A stretch of 59,326 nt of DNA, the filler included. It is 5 parts of 5 records of this genome, joined end to end, with 100 filler letters (N's around TTAATTAATTAA, not from the genome) between each part and the next. Parts side by side here need not be neighbours in the genome. Positions count along the whole stretch, not along the records: positions 15,433 to 35,947 come from SRR2962707_5552; positions 36,048 to 53,505 come from SRR2962707_5556; 3 more parts are not named here. One strand, written 5' to 3'. The translations under genes and the position numbers were made by a program. Positions 25,684-40,135 of the stretch are shown one piece after another (the first letter of the stretch is position 1; every line of letters starts with the position of its first letter). The notes below the pieces were generated by a model. The model did not search any database and was not told where the DNA came from. It saw nothing but the letters and a program-made list of their open reading frames with translations.

Positions 25684-25792
25684 TTGCCTGCCCCTTGCTT
25701 CGCTTTCTTGTTAATCAGGAAAGGTCAGACAGTCACACGAAAAATTGTAACAGGTTCAATCAAAATTATTGAAGTAGCTGCAATGCAGTTGG

Positions 25793-29585
<3,793 letters not shown>

Positions 29586-29643
29586 CAACGATTATCCTGA
29601 AATCTCTAAGCGCGACTCACATAAGTCACTTTGCTCGAATCGA

Positions 29644-30531
29644 TCAGCTCTTAGATATACTGTTCCCTACGCGAGACAACCATGAGCCAGTGTTTTCCCG
29701 TGGTTCTAGTCCGCCGGTCTGCAACAATTTGTATGAATCAGCATACCATTGGCTATCAGGGAAGTTGTTGCCCAGAATTGCCGCTGCCGTCTGCGCTTCA
29801 GAGTTAAGACCCATAGAGTAATAAGTCTCTGTCAAACGCGCGAGCGCCTCTTCAATGTGGCGTGTTTTAGAATATTCTTCGACAACACTGCGGAAACGCG
29901 ACAAAGCAGCCGCATATTCACGGCGCTCTAGATAATAGCGGCCGATCTGCATTTCTTTACCGGCCAATTGGTCCATACCAATGCGGATTTTTGCTTGCGC
30001 ATCTTCCTCATAGATTGAACCTGGATAACGTTCGAGCAATTCATTGAAGTTTTGAATGGCAAGCTTGGTATCGCGCTGGTCGCGCGTGACCACAGGCATC
30101 TGTTTAAAGTAACATAGCCCGATAATGTATTGTGCATAGGCCGCATCTTCATGCGTTGGATAAAGCGAAACAAAGCGACGCGCAGAAGAGATCGCATCGT
30201 CAAATTTACCCATTTTGTAAGACGTGAAAGCCGCAAGCACATTGGCTTTGCGCGCATATTCTGAATATGGGTGCTGGCGATCAATCGCGTTAAATTTAGC
30301 AGAAGCCTCTTTCAGCTTGCCCGCATTCATATTCGCGAGACCTTGGTTATACAGCGTATCGGCTGGCTCAATCGTTTCCACATAGGAATTAAGATCAAGA
30401 TTATCATTGTCTTTGGCACAGCCAGCCAAGACACCGCCGCTTAAAACAGCGATCAGCGCAATGCGCCCTGCTTTAAGGGCCACACCTTTGGTATTCGACG
30501 ATGGATAGGCAAACTTCATATCAATAACCAA
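29644..30531 (-). CDS. bamD: Outer membrane assembly lipoprotein BamD
   Basis: Lipobox LAGC, TPR repeats, QHPYSEYA and [12 protein letters not shown]; located between lpxC and recN. Confidence 0.93.
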   Translation of the reverse strand: MVIDMKFAYPSSNTKGVALKAGRIALIAVLSGGVLAGCAKDNDNLDLNSYVETIEPADTLYNQGLANMNAGKLKEASAKFNAIDRQHPYSEYARKANVLAAFTSYKMGKFDDAISSARRFVSLYPTHEDAAYAQYIIGLCYFKQMPVVTRDQRDTKLAIQNFNELLERYPGSIYEEDAQAKIRIGMDQLAGKEMQIGRYYLERREYAAALSRFRSVVEEYSKTRHIEEALARLTETYYSMGLNSEAQTAAAILGNNFPDSQWYADSYKLLQTGGLEPRENTGSWLSRVGNSISKS

Positions 30532-30694
30532 TTTCTAGCGCGGCCAAGCAAAATGTTAAACCACAATAACGCATCGCGCTTCAAAGACAAAGTAGAAACG
30601 CCATGCCGGTCAAATGCCGCAAATTTATGGCTTGTTCAAGCAGAAGTCGAATTTATTGTAAACAGCCGTGTTTTAAAAGGGGTGACTAAAAAGC

Positions 30695-31654
30695 CTAAAT
30701 ATCCCAAGGCGCGAAGGCTAAGCCTGCCACAGCAACGAATTCACTGGCATAAGCGCGCTCGCGCGGCTCCGGTGTTTCCACAATCTCATAGGCAGTTTTA
30801 TCAGCAAGCAAAGCCTGCAAAACCATCGCATTAAGACGGTGGCCACCACGATAAGAGCGGAAAGAGCCAATAAATTGCGCACCGGCCAGAGCAAGATCGC
30901 CCACCGCATCAAGCGTTTTGTGGCGAACGCATTCATCTGTGTAGCGAAGACCTTCACGGTTGATGACACGGCCATCATCGCCAAAGACTACGGAATTATC
31001 AAGCGATGAGCCAAGCGCATATCCCGCCGCCCAAAGGCGCTCTACATCGCGCATGAAGCCAAATGTGCGCGCATGACATAATTCTGAGCGGAAAACAGCG
31101 CCATCTACTTCTGATTTGAATTCTTGGCGGCCAATCGCTGGCGTATCAAAATCAATGATAACTTCAAAGCGTGTGCCTTCATAAGGGCTAAATTCAGCCC
31201 AAGAACCACCAATTTCAGCACGGATTGCTTTTTTAACGCGAATATAGCGGCGCTTTACGGCAAAGTGTTTAAGACCAACTTCGTCAATCGCATCCATAAA
31301 GATACGCGCGCTGCCGTCCATAATTGGCACTTCATTGCGATCAACTTCAATAATCACATTATCAAGGCCGATAGCAGAAAAAGTCGCCATCATATGTTCG
31401 ATTGTAGAAACGTGAACGCCTGCACGGTCACCCAAAATTGTGCACAGATCTGTTGCACCCACTTGGCTGATAACCGCAGGAAAATCGTGCCAGCTGCCAT
31501 CGCTCAAAACACGGCGAAATATAATCCCCGTATTAGGATCGGCAGGTAACAAAGAAATGGAAACGCGATCACCGCTGTGAACGCCAACGCCGGACAAGTT
31601 TATTGTGTCGCTGAGCGAGGTTTGAAAAGCCCGTAAATCGGTCCCCATGGACAA
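30695..31654 (-). CDS. lpxC: UDP-3-O-acyl-GlcNAc deacetylase
   Basis: GVGVHSG, STIEHM, EVPIMDGSA, ARTFGF and RHKTLDAVGDL. Confidence 0.97.
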   Translation of the reverse strand: MSMGTDLRAFQTSLSDTINLSGVGVHSGDRVSISLLPADPNTGIIFRRVLSDGSWHDFPAVISQVGATDLCTILGDRAGVHVSTIEHMMATFSAIGLDNVIIEVDRNEVPIMDGSARIFMDAIDEVGLKHFAVKRRYIRVKKAIRAEIGGSWAEFSPYEGTRFEVIIDFDTPAIGRQEFKSEVDGAVFRSELCHARTFGFMRDVERLWAAGYALGSSLDNSVVFGDDGRVINREGLRYTDECVRHKTLDAVGDLALAGAQFIGSFRSYRGGHRLNAMVLQALLADKTAYEIVETPEPRERAYASEFVAVAGLAFAPWDI

Positions 31655-31762
31655 TTCCTATTTTATCGGTCGCCCTACACCCCAGACGCCTTACTCAAAA
31701 GGACCTAAATCCCTACTTAACTCATACTAGCTAACATGTAGCGAGCGGCCAAATCACGCTTT

Positions 31763-31778
31763 TTTACGAACTGTTAAC
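31763..31778. promoter_or_regulatory. Possible CtrA-type box upstream of lpxC
   Basis: TTTA-N7-TTAAC, one mismatch to TTAA-N7-TTAAC. Confidence 0.3.
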
Positions 31779-31840
31779 AAAGCGATCTGCCCACACAAGT
31801 GCAAAAAGCACACTAGTATCAAACCATTAAGAAAAGCAAA

Positions 31841-31864
31841 ACAGGCGCCCCAAGGGACGCCTGT
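31841..31864 (-). terminator. Terminator after ftsZ
   Basis: ACAGGCG-CCC-CAA-GGG-A-CGCCTGT stem, with a T-rich tail on the minus strand. Confidence 0.7.
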
Positions 31865-31884
31865 CTCAATTGTAACCGAACTAA

Positions 31885-33633
31885 TTAGTTTGCTTGACGG
31901 CGTAGAAACGCTGGAATTTCAAGCTGGTCATCATCGTGAGTCGCAACCGGTGTTGGCGCACGACCATGATTATCAAGTTGACCCCGTGCTGGCGCATACA
32001 TTGAAGCATCCTGGCTTAGCGGACGGCGCGGCTGAGCAGCACCTTGCTGAGGATTACCCATTGGGCGAAGGCGCGGTTCTGCCGGTGCATGTGTCTCTTC
32101 ACGGCGCGAAAGACCGTTTGTGAGACGCTTTAGCAGACCAAGGGGACCGCGATCATCGTCTTCGTGGTCATGGTGATGATCTGTCTGTGCTTCCACTTGT
32201 GCTTGAACCATTGGCGGAAAATCTTCAACCTGTGGCATACGCGGTGATGACATCGGCTGTGATTGTTCGGCCCGTGCTTCTGGCGCCGGTGTTGGTTCAT
32301 ACATTTCAGGCTGCGGTGCAAGCTGAGCTGCAGTTTGTTGCACAGACTGGTGTGTAGGCGTAGCAATCGGCGCTGTGCGTGGCTGCTGTGTCATTGTCTG
32401 AGGCGATGTGCCTGCAAACAAACGGCTTTTTGGCGCAAAGCTTTCTTCTGATGTCTCAGCTTTTGGCTCAGCTGCTTGCGTAGAAAATGATTCCATTTTC
32501 TTTTGCGCTTCAGCAATTGGGTCAACGCGCGGTGCAGCTGCTACTGGCGCTGGTGCCGGTTCTGCAGGCTTTGTAGGAGCGCCCAAATATGGACGCTGTG
32601 CTGCGGCAATCGCTGCGCCGGTTACTGGACGGCTAACACGCTCATTTGAACCAAAACCAGCCGCTTCGCCCGCTTCAATACCTGTTGCAACAACAGATAC
32701 GCGGATGATGCCTTCCAAGCTCTCATCAAATGTAGCACCAAGAATGATGTTTGCATCTTGGTCAACTTCTTCGCGGATGCGCGTTGCCGCTTCATCAACT
32801 TCAAAGAGTGTCATATCGCGTCCACCAGTGATCGAAATCAACAGGCCGCGCGCACCTTTCATAGATGTCTCATCAAGAAGTGGGTTGGCAATTGCAGCTT
32901 CCGCTGCAGTCATTGCACGGCCTTCGCCAGATGCTTCGCCTGTGCCCATCATGGCTTTGCCCATATCGCGCATAACAGAGCGAACATCAGCAAAATCGAG
33001 GTTGATAAGGCCTTCTTTGACCATCAAATCAGTAATACAAGCAACGCCTGAATAAAGCACTTGGTCAGCCATACCAAACGCGTCAGCAAAAGTCGTCTTG
33101 TCATTAGCGATGCGGAACAAGTTCTGATTAGGGATAACAATCAGCGTGTCCACATTGGCCTGTAGTTCTTCGATGCCAGCATCAGCCGTTTTCATGCGGC
33201 GCGCGCCTTCAAAATGGAAAGGCTTTGTCACAACACCAACAGTTAGGATGCCGCGTTCACGTGCTGCGCGGGCAACAACTGGCGCTGCGCCTGTGCCAGT
33301 GCCACCGCCCATACCGGCGGTTACAAAGCACATATGCGTGCCGTTGAGGTGATCATTGATCTCGTCGATACATTCTTCAGCAGCTGCGCGACCAACTTCT
33401 GGCATTGAGCCAGCGCCAAGACCTTCAGTAACGCCCATACCAAGCTGGATGATGCGTTCGGCCTTGTTCATTGTCAGCGCTTGCGCGTCTGTATTGGCAA
33501 CAACAAATTCCACGCCAGCAAGACCGCCGGCGATCATGTTATTGACCGCATTGCCACCCCCGCCGCCAACACCGAAAACGGTGATGCGTGGTTTTAGCTC
33601 GGTAATGTCAGGCTTTTGCAAATTTATAGTCAT
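31885..33633 (-). CDS. ftsZ: Cell division protein FtsZ
   Basis: [26 protein letters not shown] and C-terminal [12 protein letters not shown]. Confidence 0.98.
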   Translation of the reverse strand: MTINLQKPDITELKPRITVFGVGGGGGNAVNNMIAGGLAGVEFVVANTDAQALTMNKAERIIQLGMGVTEGLGAGSMPEVGRAAAEECIDEINDHLNGTHMCFVTAGMGGGTGTGAAPVVARAARERGILTVGVVTKPFHFEGARRMKTADAGIEELQANVDTLIVIPNQNLFRIANDKTTFADAFGMADQVLYSGVACITDLMVKEGLINLDFADVRSVMRDMGKAMMGTGEASGEGRAMTAAEAAIANPLLDETSMKGARGLLISITGGRDMTLFEVDEAATRIREEVDQDANIILGATFDESLEGIIRVSVVATGIEAGEAAGFGSNERVSRPVTGAAIAAAQRPYLGAPTKPAEPAPAPVAAAPRVDPIAEAQKKMESFSTQAAEPKAETSEESFAPKSRLFAGTSPQTMTQQPRTAPIATPTHQSVQQTAAQLAPQPEMYEPTPAPEARAEQSQPMSSPRMPQVEDFPPMVQAQVEAQTDHHHDHEDDDRGPLGLLKRLTNGLSRREETHAPAEPRLRPMGNPQQGAAQPRRPLSQDASMYAPARGQLDNHGRAPTPVATHDDDQLEIPAFLRRQAN

Positions 33634-33697
33634 GGCTTTATCCCTGTTGTTTCAGAAGCGTCGCCGTGCTTCTGGTTGCCGCATCCTCATGCGAAAT

Positions 33698-34987
33698 CTA
33701 AAAACTCTCTTTGATCCATTGGGTCATACGACCAAGGGGACCATTTGTTCCGGTCTGCGCTCGGTTAGAAGCGCCGTGAAAACTCGTTAGGCCTTGATCA
33801 TTATGCGCCGTCTGCGGGTAGATGATCAGTCCTAGTGTTGCTGCAAATGCTGGCGTTTTGGCCGATGTCGGCAGGCCTTTAATGCCCAGCGGACGGCCAA
33901 CGCGAATATTGCGTCCAAGTGTTTTACGCGCCAGATCTGGCAAGCCGTTCATTTGCGCTGCGCCGCCTGTAAGCACGACGCGCTTGCCAATAACGCTTGA
34001 ATAGCCAGATTTGTTGAGCCGCTCGCGCAGCAATTCTAATGTTTCTTCAACGCGCGCTGCGATAATGCGATTGAGTAAGCTGCGCGGCACTTGATGTGGA
34101 TTTTCAAAGCCATCTTCGCCCATTGATGGCACTGCAATCATATCGCGGTCATCAGATGATGCGTTCAACACAGAACCCTGCATCACTTTTAGACGCTCGG
34201 CATCTTCAATGCTGCACGAAAAGCCGCGCGCAATGTCCATCGTTACATGATGGCCGCCAACCGGAATGCTGTCCGCATGGATGAAGCGACGATCTGAGAA
34301 AACAGAAATCGATGTTGTGCCGCCGCCCATATCAATACAGGCGCAGCCCATCTCAAGCTCATCATCAACAAGCGTTGAAAGGCCTGCCGCATAAGGCGTT
34401 GCAACCATTGTCGCCACGCTCAAATGCGCGCGGTTAATCGCAAGTTCGATATTGCGCATCGGCGCAGCATCTACGCTCAATAGGTGCATGTTGAGCGATA
34501 GCTCTTCGCCGATCATGCCGCGTGGATCAAGAATGCCTTTTTCACCATCAAGCGTGTGATCGACCGGCATCAAGTGAACTACTTGGCGGTCGGTACGCGC
34601 AGCGCGGGCAACCGCAGCTTTTAGAACTTTTGTAATATCGTTCGATGATACAGGTTTGCCCTGCAACGAGATCGACGCTGTCAGTGCATGGCTTTTCATG
34701 CGTCCGGCGGTGATGTTTGTTATGATGGAATCAACCGTCAATCCGGCCATGCGTTCCGCAGCTTCCACTGCATGGCGAATAGAGCGCTCAACGCCGTCAA
34801 GATCAACAATAACGCCAGATTTCATGCCAAGCGATTTAGTATGGCCAATGCCAATAACTTCAGTAGCGTGGGTGCGGCCATGCAAATATTTACCGCCATC
34901 AACAGGCTGCAAACGCGCAATAATACAAACGGTCTTGGTGCTACCAATATCCAATACGGTGATAATTGAGCTACGTGGTTTTACCAT
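33698..34987 (-). CDS. ftsA: Cell division protein FtsA
   Basis: LDIGSTK, IDMGGGTT, AERLK and VLTGG. Confidence 0.96.
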   Translation of the reverse strand: MVKPRSSIITVLDIGSTKTVCIIARLQPVDGGKYLHGRTHATEVIGIGHTKSLGMKSGVIVDLDGVERSIRHAVEAAERMAGLTVDSIITNITAGRMKSHALTASISLQGKPVSSNDITKVLKAAVARAARTDRQVVHLMPVDHTLDGEKGILDPRGMIGEELSLNMHLLSVDAAPMRNIELAINRAHLSVATMVATPYAAGLSTLVDDELEMGCACIDMGGGTTSISVFSDRRFIHADSIPVGGHHVTMDIARGFSCSIEDAERLKVMQGSVLNASSDDRDMIAVPSMGEDGFENPHQVPRSLLNRIIAARVEETLELLRERLNKSGYSSVIGKRVVLTGGAAQMNGLPDLARKTLGRNIRVGRPLGIKGLPTSAKTPAFAATLGLIIYPQTAHNDQGLTSFHGASNRAQTGTNGPLGRMTQWIKESF

Positions 34988-35928
34988 TATATACGGCTCC
35001 CGCGTGCTTTGCGTGCTTTTTTGTCCGCATCGGAACGCGCTTTAACGAACTCGTCGCGGTTCATCATCGCATTATTGGTCAAAGCGAATACGGTGCGGTC
35101 TTCAAGGCGCAAATCAATTGCTGCCAAATCCCGCTCCATAACGCCGAGGTCAGCTTCCAGCGCAACCAAGCGCTCAAGCGCATGCTCAACGCCGATTTCT
35201 GGCAAACGAATTGTCATGCCGTTTTCAAGACGTAGGTTCCAACGACGGGTGCCAACACGAATATAGGCGCGCACACGCGGCGCGATCTCTTTAAACTGCG
35301 CAACAGTCTGAACGAACTCTGCGCCCTCTTCTGTCGCGCCTTTGCCAACCAAAAGCGGCAAAGCGGCCAAACGCGCATCGCCGGCATAGCCGCCAATGAC
35401 CGTGCCGTCTCTTTCAACAACGGTCAGCGCTTCGCCCTGCTGCCAAATCGCAAAGGCATCGCGCTCACCAATTTCAATTTCCAATTTGTTTGGATAGACT
35501 TTTGCGATACGCGCCGCATCGACCCAAGGCAATTTGCGCAAAGCCAAACGCGCTTCCGCCGGATCAATCGAAATCAAAGAGCGCTTCACGCCAAGACCAA
35601 GCGCATTGTAAATATCGCTTGGCGTTGTGTATTCATTGCCAACAATCTGAATTTCACTGACACCGAAGCCGGTCTGCACAGTCACAGCTTCAACCGCATT
35701 GGCAAACTGACCACCGACAACAGAACCATAAACCACAGCGCCGCCGATAATGGCAGCAATGCCAAAACCTTCAATATGACGCGGAAGCGCAATATCGCCT
35801 TGCAGCAGGCGCTGGAAAAACCGAACAGGACGGCGCATTAATTTTGGCAAAACGCGTAGCTCGTCGCGAAGCACGCCATGCGGCGCACTTGCATTCGAAC
35901 CTTTAGTTTTTGCCTTTAACGCGAACAC
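34987..35928 (-). CDS. ftsQ: Cell division protein FtsQ
   Basis: Single TM segment, POTRA-like LPWVD...KVYPN, RRWNL and IDLRL; upstream of ftsA. Confidence 0.92.
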   Translation of the reverse strand: MFALKAKTKGSNASAPHGVLRDELRVLPKLMRRPVRFFQRLLQGDIALPRHIEGFGIAAIIGGAVVYGSVVGGQFANAVEAVTVQTGFGVSEIQIVGNEYTTPSDIYNALGLGVKRSLISIDPAEARLALRKLPWVDAARIAKVYPNKLEIEIGERDAFAIWQQGEALTVVERDGTVIGGYAGDARLAALPLLVGKGATEEGAEFVQTVAQFKEIAPRVRAYIRVGTRRWNLRLENGMTIRLPEIGVEHALERLVALEADLGVMERDLAAIDLRLEDRTVFALTNNAMMNRDEFVKARSDADKKARKARGSRI

Positions 35929-35947
35929 GAAGCGTCCTCCACCATCC
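35916..35947 (-). CDS. ddl: C-terminal fragment of D-alanine--D-alanine ligase
   Basis: Minus strand reads MVEDASCSR*, the usual alphaproteobacterial Ddl end, overlapping the ftsQ start. Confidence 0.8.
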
Positions 35948-36047
35948 NNNNNNNNNNNNNNNNNNNNNNNNNNNNNNNNNNNNNNNNNNNNTTAATTAAT
36001 TAANNNNNNNNNNNNNNNNNNNNNNNNNNNNNNNNNNNNNNNNNNNN
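35948..36047. other. Artificial contig linker
   Basis: 44 N + TTAATTAATTAA + 44 N. Confidence 0.98.
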
Positions 36048-36713
36048 CTTTTGGCCATAGATGTTGGACCATGTGTTCTCTTGTCCGTCGACAACGCCGG
36101 TCTGCAGTGCGCCATAAACCTCGGAAAAGGCCATCGGCTGGGGCGAAGCACCCAGCGCCTGCATCTGCGCGACCAGCACGTCGGACGGCTGCACGCGGAA
36201 CTTCAGGCCATCGGCATCCGACGGTTCGATCAGCGGCTTGTTGGCCGAAAACTGCTTCATGCCGTTGTGCCAGAACCCCAGCCCCTGAAGACCGCGGCGC
36301 TGCATGGAATCGAGCATGGCCTGGCCAGTGTCCGACGCCTGGAACGCGTCGACCGCGTTGATGTTCTTGAACATGAACGGCAGATCGAACAGGCGGTATG
36401 CCTTGGTGATGGATTCAAACAGCGACAGCGACGGCGCGGCCAGTTGCACGTCGCCGCGCAGCATCGCCTCAATCACCTGCTCATCGGTGTACAGCGTGGA
36501 GTTCGGGAACACCTCCATGCAGGCCTTGCCATTCATCTCGTCGTCCACGCGCTGCTGTAGCAGGCTGGCAGCGATACCTTTTGGGTGTTTATCGGTGTTG
36601 GTGACGTGGCTGAATTTGATGACCATTTCGCCATCTTCGCAGGATGCGGCGGCAGTCTGCGCAGTGGTGCCAAGCGCCAATACGGCAGCGGCGGTCATGA
36701 GAAATCTGTTCAT
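36048..36713 (-). CDS. dctP: TRAP C4-dicarboxylate-binding protein, 3'-truncated
   Basis: Signal peptide, IKFSHV, VFPNSTL, FDLPF, GLKFRVQ and EVYGALQTGVVDGQEN. GGAGG RBS. Confidence 0.92.
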
Positions 36714-36911
36714 CGGTGTCCTCCCGGAACGAAGTGTATGTGTGATCGCCGGACGCCGCTCCCATGACGTCCAGATGCGGGTAGAAGACCGTGCGGACGC
36801 CACAGTATCAATACTTTGTGTGCAGGCTTATAAATAACCAGAATAATATTCTATATATCAGTTGCTTGTATTATTTTTAGCCAGAGGCGGCATCACACCC
36901 TGCCGACGACT

Positions 36912-36962
36912 TGTGCGGAAATCCGCACATATATTGGCGCAATGTGTGCGGAAACCCGCCCG
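36912..36962. promoter_or_regulatory. Tandem DctD-type binding sites upstream of dctP
   Basis: TGTGCGGAAATCCGCACA (36912-36929) and TGTGCGGAAACCCGCCCG (36945-36962), 33 bp apart; they resemble the rhizobial DctD upstream activating sequence. Confidence 0.8.
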
Positions 36963-37024
36963 TTGCGACTCGAATTTCCTATGCGCAGCAAGTCGTCAGT
37001 ACGGGCGGGAACAGGTATCGCACG

Positions 37025-38260
37025 CTAGCGGAAGGTCTCTGGCTTCAAACCGTATTTCGCCAACTTGTCGTAGAATGTCTTTCGCGGCAGCCGCAGTTCG
37101 ACGGCCGCCGCGCTGGCATGACCTTGTGCGCGGCGCAGTGCTTCGGCCAGAAGGGATCGTTCGACATGGGCCAGCTGCGCGACCAGCCCCTGCCCCGCAT
37201 CGGGGCGATCGTTTTCTCGCAGGCCCAAGGCAAAGCGCATGGCGGCGGACATCAACGCGCGCGCGTTGCCAGGCCAGTCCTGCGCCATCAGTTCTGCCAT
37301 GACATCTGGGGTGATCTCGGGGGGGCGCAGACCGGCCTGTTCGCTCGCCTGGGCGACGTAGTGGCGAAACAACACCGGTATGTCCTCGGGGCGTTCGGAC
37401 AGCGACGGGATGCGCACCGCCACGACCTGCAGTCGGTAGTATAGCTCGGCGCTCAGCTCTCCGGCTTCGACCAGCCGCCCCAGATCCTGCGTGCTGCCTG
37501 CGATCAGCCGCGCCCCCCCTGCGTTCATTGACCGCTCAAGTACATCAACCAGCGCCAGTTGTGTATCCATTGGCAAGGCGGCAATATCGTCCAGAAACAG
37601 CGTTCCGGGACCACAGGCCTGCCAGATTTCCGTCAGGGTTTGGCGCCCCAGCCCGGCCGAGGCACGCTTTTCAAACGGGCCTTTGGCGCGAGGTGAACAG
37701 AGATGCACCACCTCTGCAATTTTGGAAATACCGGTACCGGGAGCGCCGGTCACCAACACTTCGGTGCCCGCGCGGGCCGCAGCGCGCACAGTTGAGCGCA
37801 ATGCCTCGGCCAGCGCAGAATTGCCAAAGACAAGCCGGGCGGCGGCATCCCCGGTTTCAAGCTGCAGCTTGAGCCGTCGGTTTTCAAGCACCAGCGCCCG
37901 GGTGATCAGCGCCCGCTCGATGACCGACGTCAGGTCGCCCGGCGCGCAGGGCTTTTCCAGAAAATCAAAGGCCCCGGCTGCCATCGCCCGCACCGCCATG
38001 GGAATGTCACCCTCACCGGTCAACAGGATCACCGGCAGGTCCGGGTCCGTTGCGCGGACGTAGTCAAGCAGGTGAAACCCATCGCGGCCCGGCATCCGCA
38101 GATCGGATACCACCACGCCGGCAAAGCTCGGTACGATATGGTCCTTCGCCTCGACAAAGGACCCTGCGGCAATCGCTTCCATATCGGCGAGTTCCAGCGT
38201 CTGACACAGGGCGTGGCGTACCGCCATGTCGTCATCGACCAAAAGCACCCGCCGGATCAT
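37025..38260 (-). CDS. dctD: DctD-like response regulator with a degenerate AAA+ domain
   Basis: Receiver (LLVDDD, SDLRMP, FLEKP), central domain lacking GAFTGA, WPGNAR, and Fis-type HTH (LPRKTFYDKL). Confidence 0.88.
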   Translation of the reverse strand: MIRRVLLVDDDMAVRHALCQTLELADMEAIAAGSFVEAKDHIVPSFAGVVVSDLRMPGRDGFHLLDYVRATDPDLPVILLTGEGDIPMAVRAMAAGAFDFLEKPCAPGDLTSVIERALITRALVLENRRLKLQLETGDAAARLVFGNSALAEALRSTVRAAARAGTEVLVTGAPGTGISKIAEVVHLCSPRAKGPFEKRASAGLGRQTLTEIWQACGPGTLFLDDIAALPMDTQLALVDVLERSMNAGGARLIAGSTQDLGRLVEAGELSAELYYRLQVVAVRIPSLSERPEDIPVLFRHYVAQASEQAGLRPPEITPDVMAELMAQDWPGNARALMSAAMRFALGLRENDRPDAGQGLVAQLAHVERSLLAEALRRAQGHASAAAVELRLPRKTFYDKLAKYGLKPETFR

Positions 38261-38330
38261 CGCTGACCCTTTGCGGGACGGCGGCCGACGCGGTAGGCGG
38301 CAGCCCGGGGGTCGCACGTCAGTCCGTATT

Positions 38331-40076
38331 TCATGCCGCCGCCTCCTCGTCGTCCCAAGCGTCCAACGCGACGGTGAACACCGCGCCGCCGCTTGGGCAG
38401 TTTGTACCGCTTATGGTTCCACCAAAGCTTTGCACCAGGCCATAGCTGATCGACAGGCCAAGCCCCATCCCCTCGCCCCCGCCCACTGCCTTTGTGGTGT
38501 AGAAGGGTTCGAAAATTCGCTCCGGCTCGGTGATCCCCGGACCTGTATCGCGAAAAGTGACCAAAAGTGGCGTGGCTGAAACGATCTCGATGTCCAGTCG
38601 CCGAAGATCGGCTCCCTCCATCGCATCCGCCGCGTTGGTGATGAGGTTGACAAAGACCTGCCCCAGCCGCACCTCTCCGCCCCGAACCCAGATTGGCGCA
38701 GAGGGGCGGTTCCAGATCAGTTCGACCTTGGCCTGTTCACGCCGGGATTCGGTCAATTCCACCGCCGATTGCAGCACCGCCCCCAGATCCAGCCGCGTCA
38801 CCGGAGCGCTTTGCTGCCGGGCAAAAGCGCGCAGGTTGCGAATGATCCGCGCCATGCGCTGCGTCATGTCCGAAATCCGCCCCAGCGCCTCGCCCACCTT
38901 GTCCGGCCGTTCGCGGTGCAGGAAGGCCACGCCATTTTCGGCATAGGACCGGATCGCCATCAGTGGCTGATTCAATTCGTGGCTGATACCGGCCGACATC
39001 TGTCCCAGCGCGCTCAGCTTGCCCGCCTGCACCAGTTCCGCCTGCGCATGGCGCAGCGCCTCTTCAGCCTCTTCGCGTTCGAGCACCTCGCGGCGCAAGG
39101 CCTCGTTGGCCTCGGACAACGCACGCGTGCGCGCCAGCACACGCCCTTCGAGCACGGCGTTGGCGACAGCCAGGGTACGGCGCCGCTCGGTCGTCAAGAA
39201 GAGCAGCGCGCCTAGGAACATGCAGACGGCCGCCACCGCCGCCGCCTGCAGCCCCGCAAGCCGACGGGCCGGTGCCACGTCGACCAACGCCACCCCCTCC
39301 ATCCCGATCACCGGGAGCGGCGTGGTCAGGTACAGTGCACGTTGCGGCACATAGGGGCTCCAGCCTTGCCGCCAAATCTCGTATCCCGCCACGTACCGCG
39401 GCGTCACGCCATATCGCGCGCCGCCCGGGGCCATCATCGCGCCCTCTCCGGCGCGCTTCCAGAACAACATCTCCGACCGGTTGGTGATGAATACACGCCC
39501 GCCCCCATCCGTAAAATAGACGGGCGGCAGGGTGCCCCGCCAGTCCTGTTCAAGGTCGACCGCACCAACCACGGCCACCAGAACGCCGCGCACCTTGCCA
39601 TCAGGCCCGAAATCCGGTGCGGCAAAGGAAATGATCCGCATCCCGTCGTTCGATCCCAGCGAAACCCCAAGCGCCCCCTGGAGAGCCCTGCGAAATTCGG
39701 GTGCCTGCGCCAGATCCGCCGGAACGTTACTGCTGGACGCCGCCAGGATCCGCCCCTGCGGATCGGCGTACAGCGCCGCCATTGTTCCGGTTATATCCGC
39801 TGCCACCAACAGCACCGAGTCGGCCGCCGCACGATCGCCGCCGCGATGTAGGGATCCAAGCGTCGGATTGCGTGCCATCAGCACGGCGAATTCGCGGTAC
39901 CGCTGAAGCTGGGTCACCAACCGGTCCGCCGCAAGTTCAAGGTCGGACCGTCCGCGAGCTGCAACCTGATCCAGTGCCTGAACATAACCATAGCCCCAGA
40001 CGCCCGCTGTCAGCACCGAAACGGCGGCAAGATACAGCGCGATCAGCGCGGAACGCGAGGAAAGCCAGCGACGCAT
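38331..40076 (-). CDS. dctB: C4-dicarboxylate sensor histidine kinase
   Basis: Two TM segments flanking a periplasmic domain, ISHELNQPL, QVFVNLITNA, DTGPG, FEPFYTTK and GMGLGLSISYG. Confidence 0.9.
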   Translation of the reverse strand: MRRWLSSRSALIALYLAAVSVLTAGVWGYGYVQALDQVAARGRSDLELAADRLVTQLQRYREFAVLMARNPTLGSLHRGGDRAAADSVLLVAADITGTMAALYADPQGRILAASSSNVPADLAQAPEFRRALQGALGVSLGSNDGMRIISFAAPDFGPDGKVRGVLVAVVGAVDLEQDWRGTLPPVYFTDGGGRVFITNRSEMLFWKRAGEGAMMAPGGARYGVTPRYVAGYEIWRQGWSPYVPQRALYLTTPLPVIGMEGVALVDVAPARRLAGLQAAAVAAVCMFLGALLFLTTERRRTLAVANAVLEGRVLARTRALSEANEALRREVLEREEAEEALRHAQAELVQAGKLSALGQMSAGISHELNQPLMAIRSYAENGVAFLHRERPDKVGEALGRISDMTQRMARIIRNLRAFARQQSAPVTRLDLGAVLQSAVELTESRREQAKVELIWNRPSAPIWVRGGEVRLGQVFVNLITNAADAMEGADLRRLDIEIVSATPLLVTFRDTGPGITEPERIFEPFYTTKAVGGGEGMGLGLSISYGLVQSFGGTISGTNCPSGGAVFTVALDAWDDEEAAA

Positions 40077-40135
40077 GGCCCTGCTTAGCAAAAGCCTACT
40101 TGCAATGGCCAGCGCCAAACGCCATGCCAAGGTTC

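Noticed and set aside
31885-32700. Long Pro/Ala/Gln-rich FtsZ linker as a novel domain or repeat
   Set aside because: Extended C-terminal linkers are normal for alphaproteobacterial FtsZ.
36826-36840. Sigma54 -24/-12 promoter for dctP (GG-N10-GC on the minus strand)
   Set aside because: The spacing fits but the flanks (TGGTTA...AAGC) do not match TGGCAC...TTGC.
39701-40135. N-terminal extension of the P450 (535-aa ORF)
   Set aside because: It overlaps dctB on the opposite strand and is Pro/Arg-rich shadow sequence.
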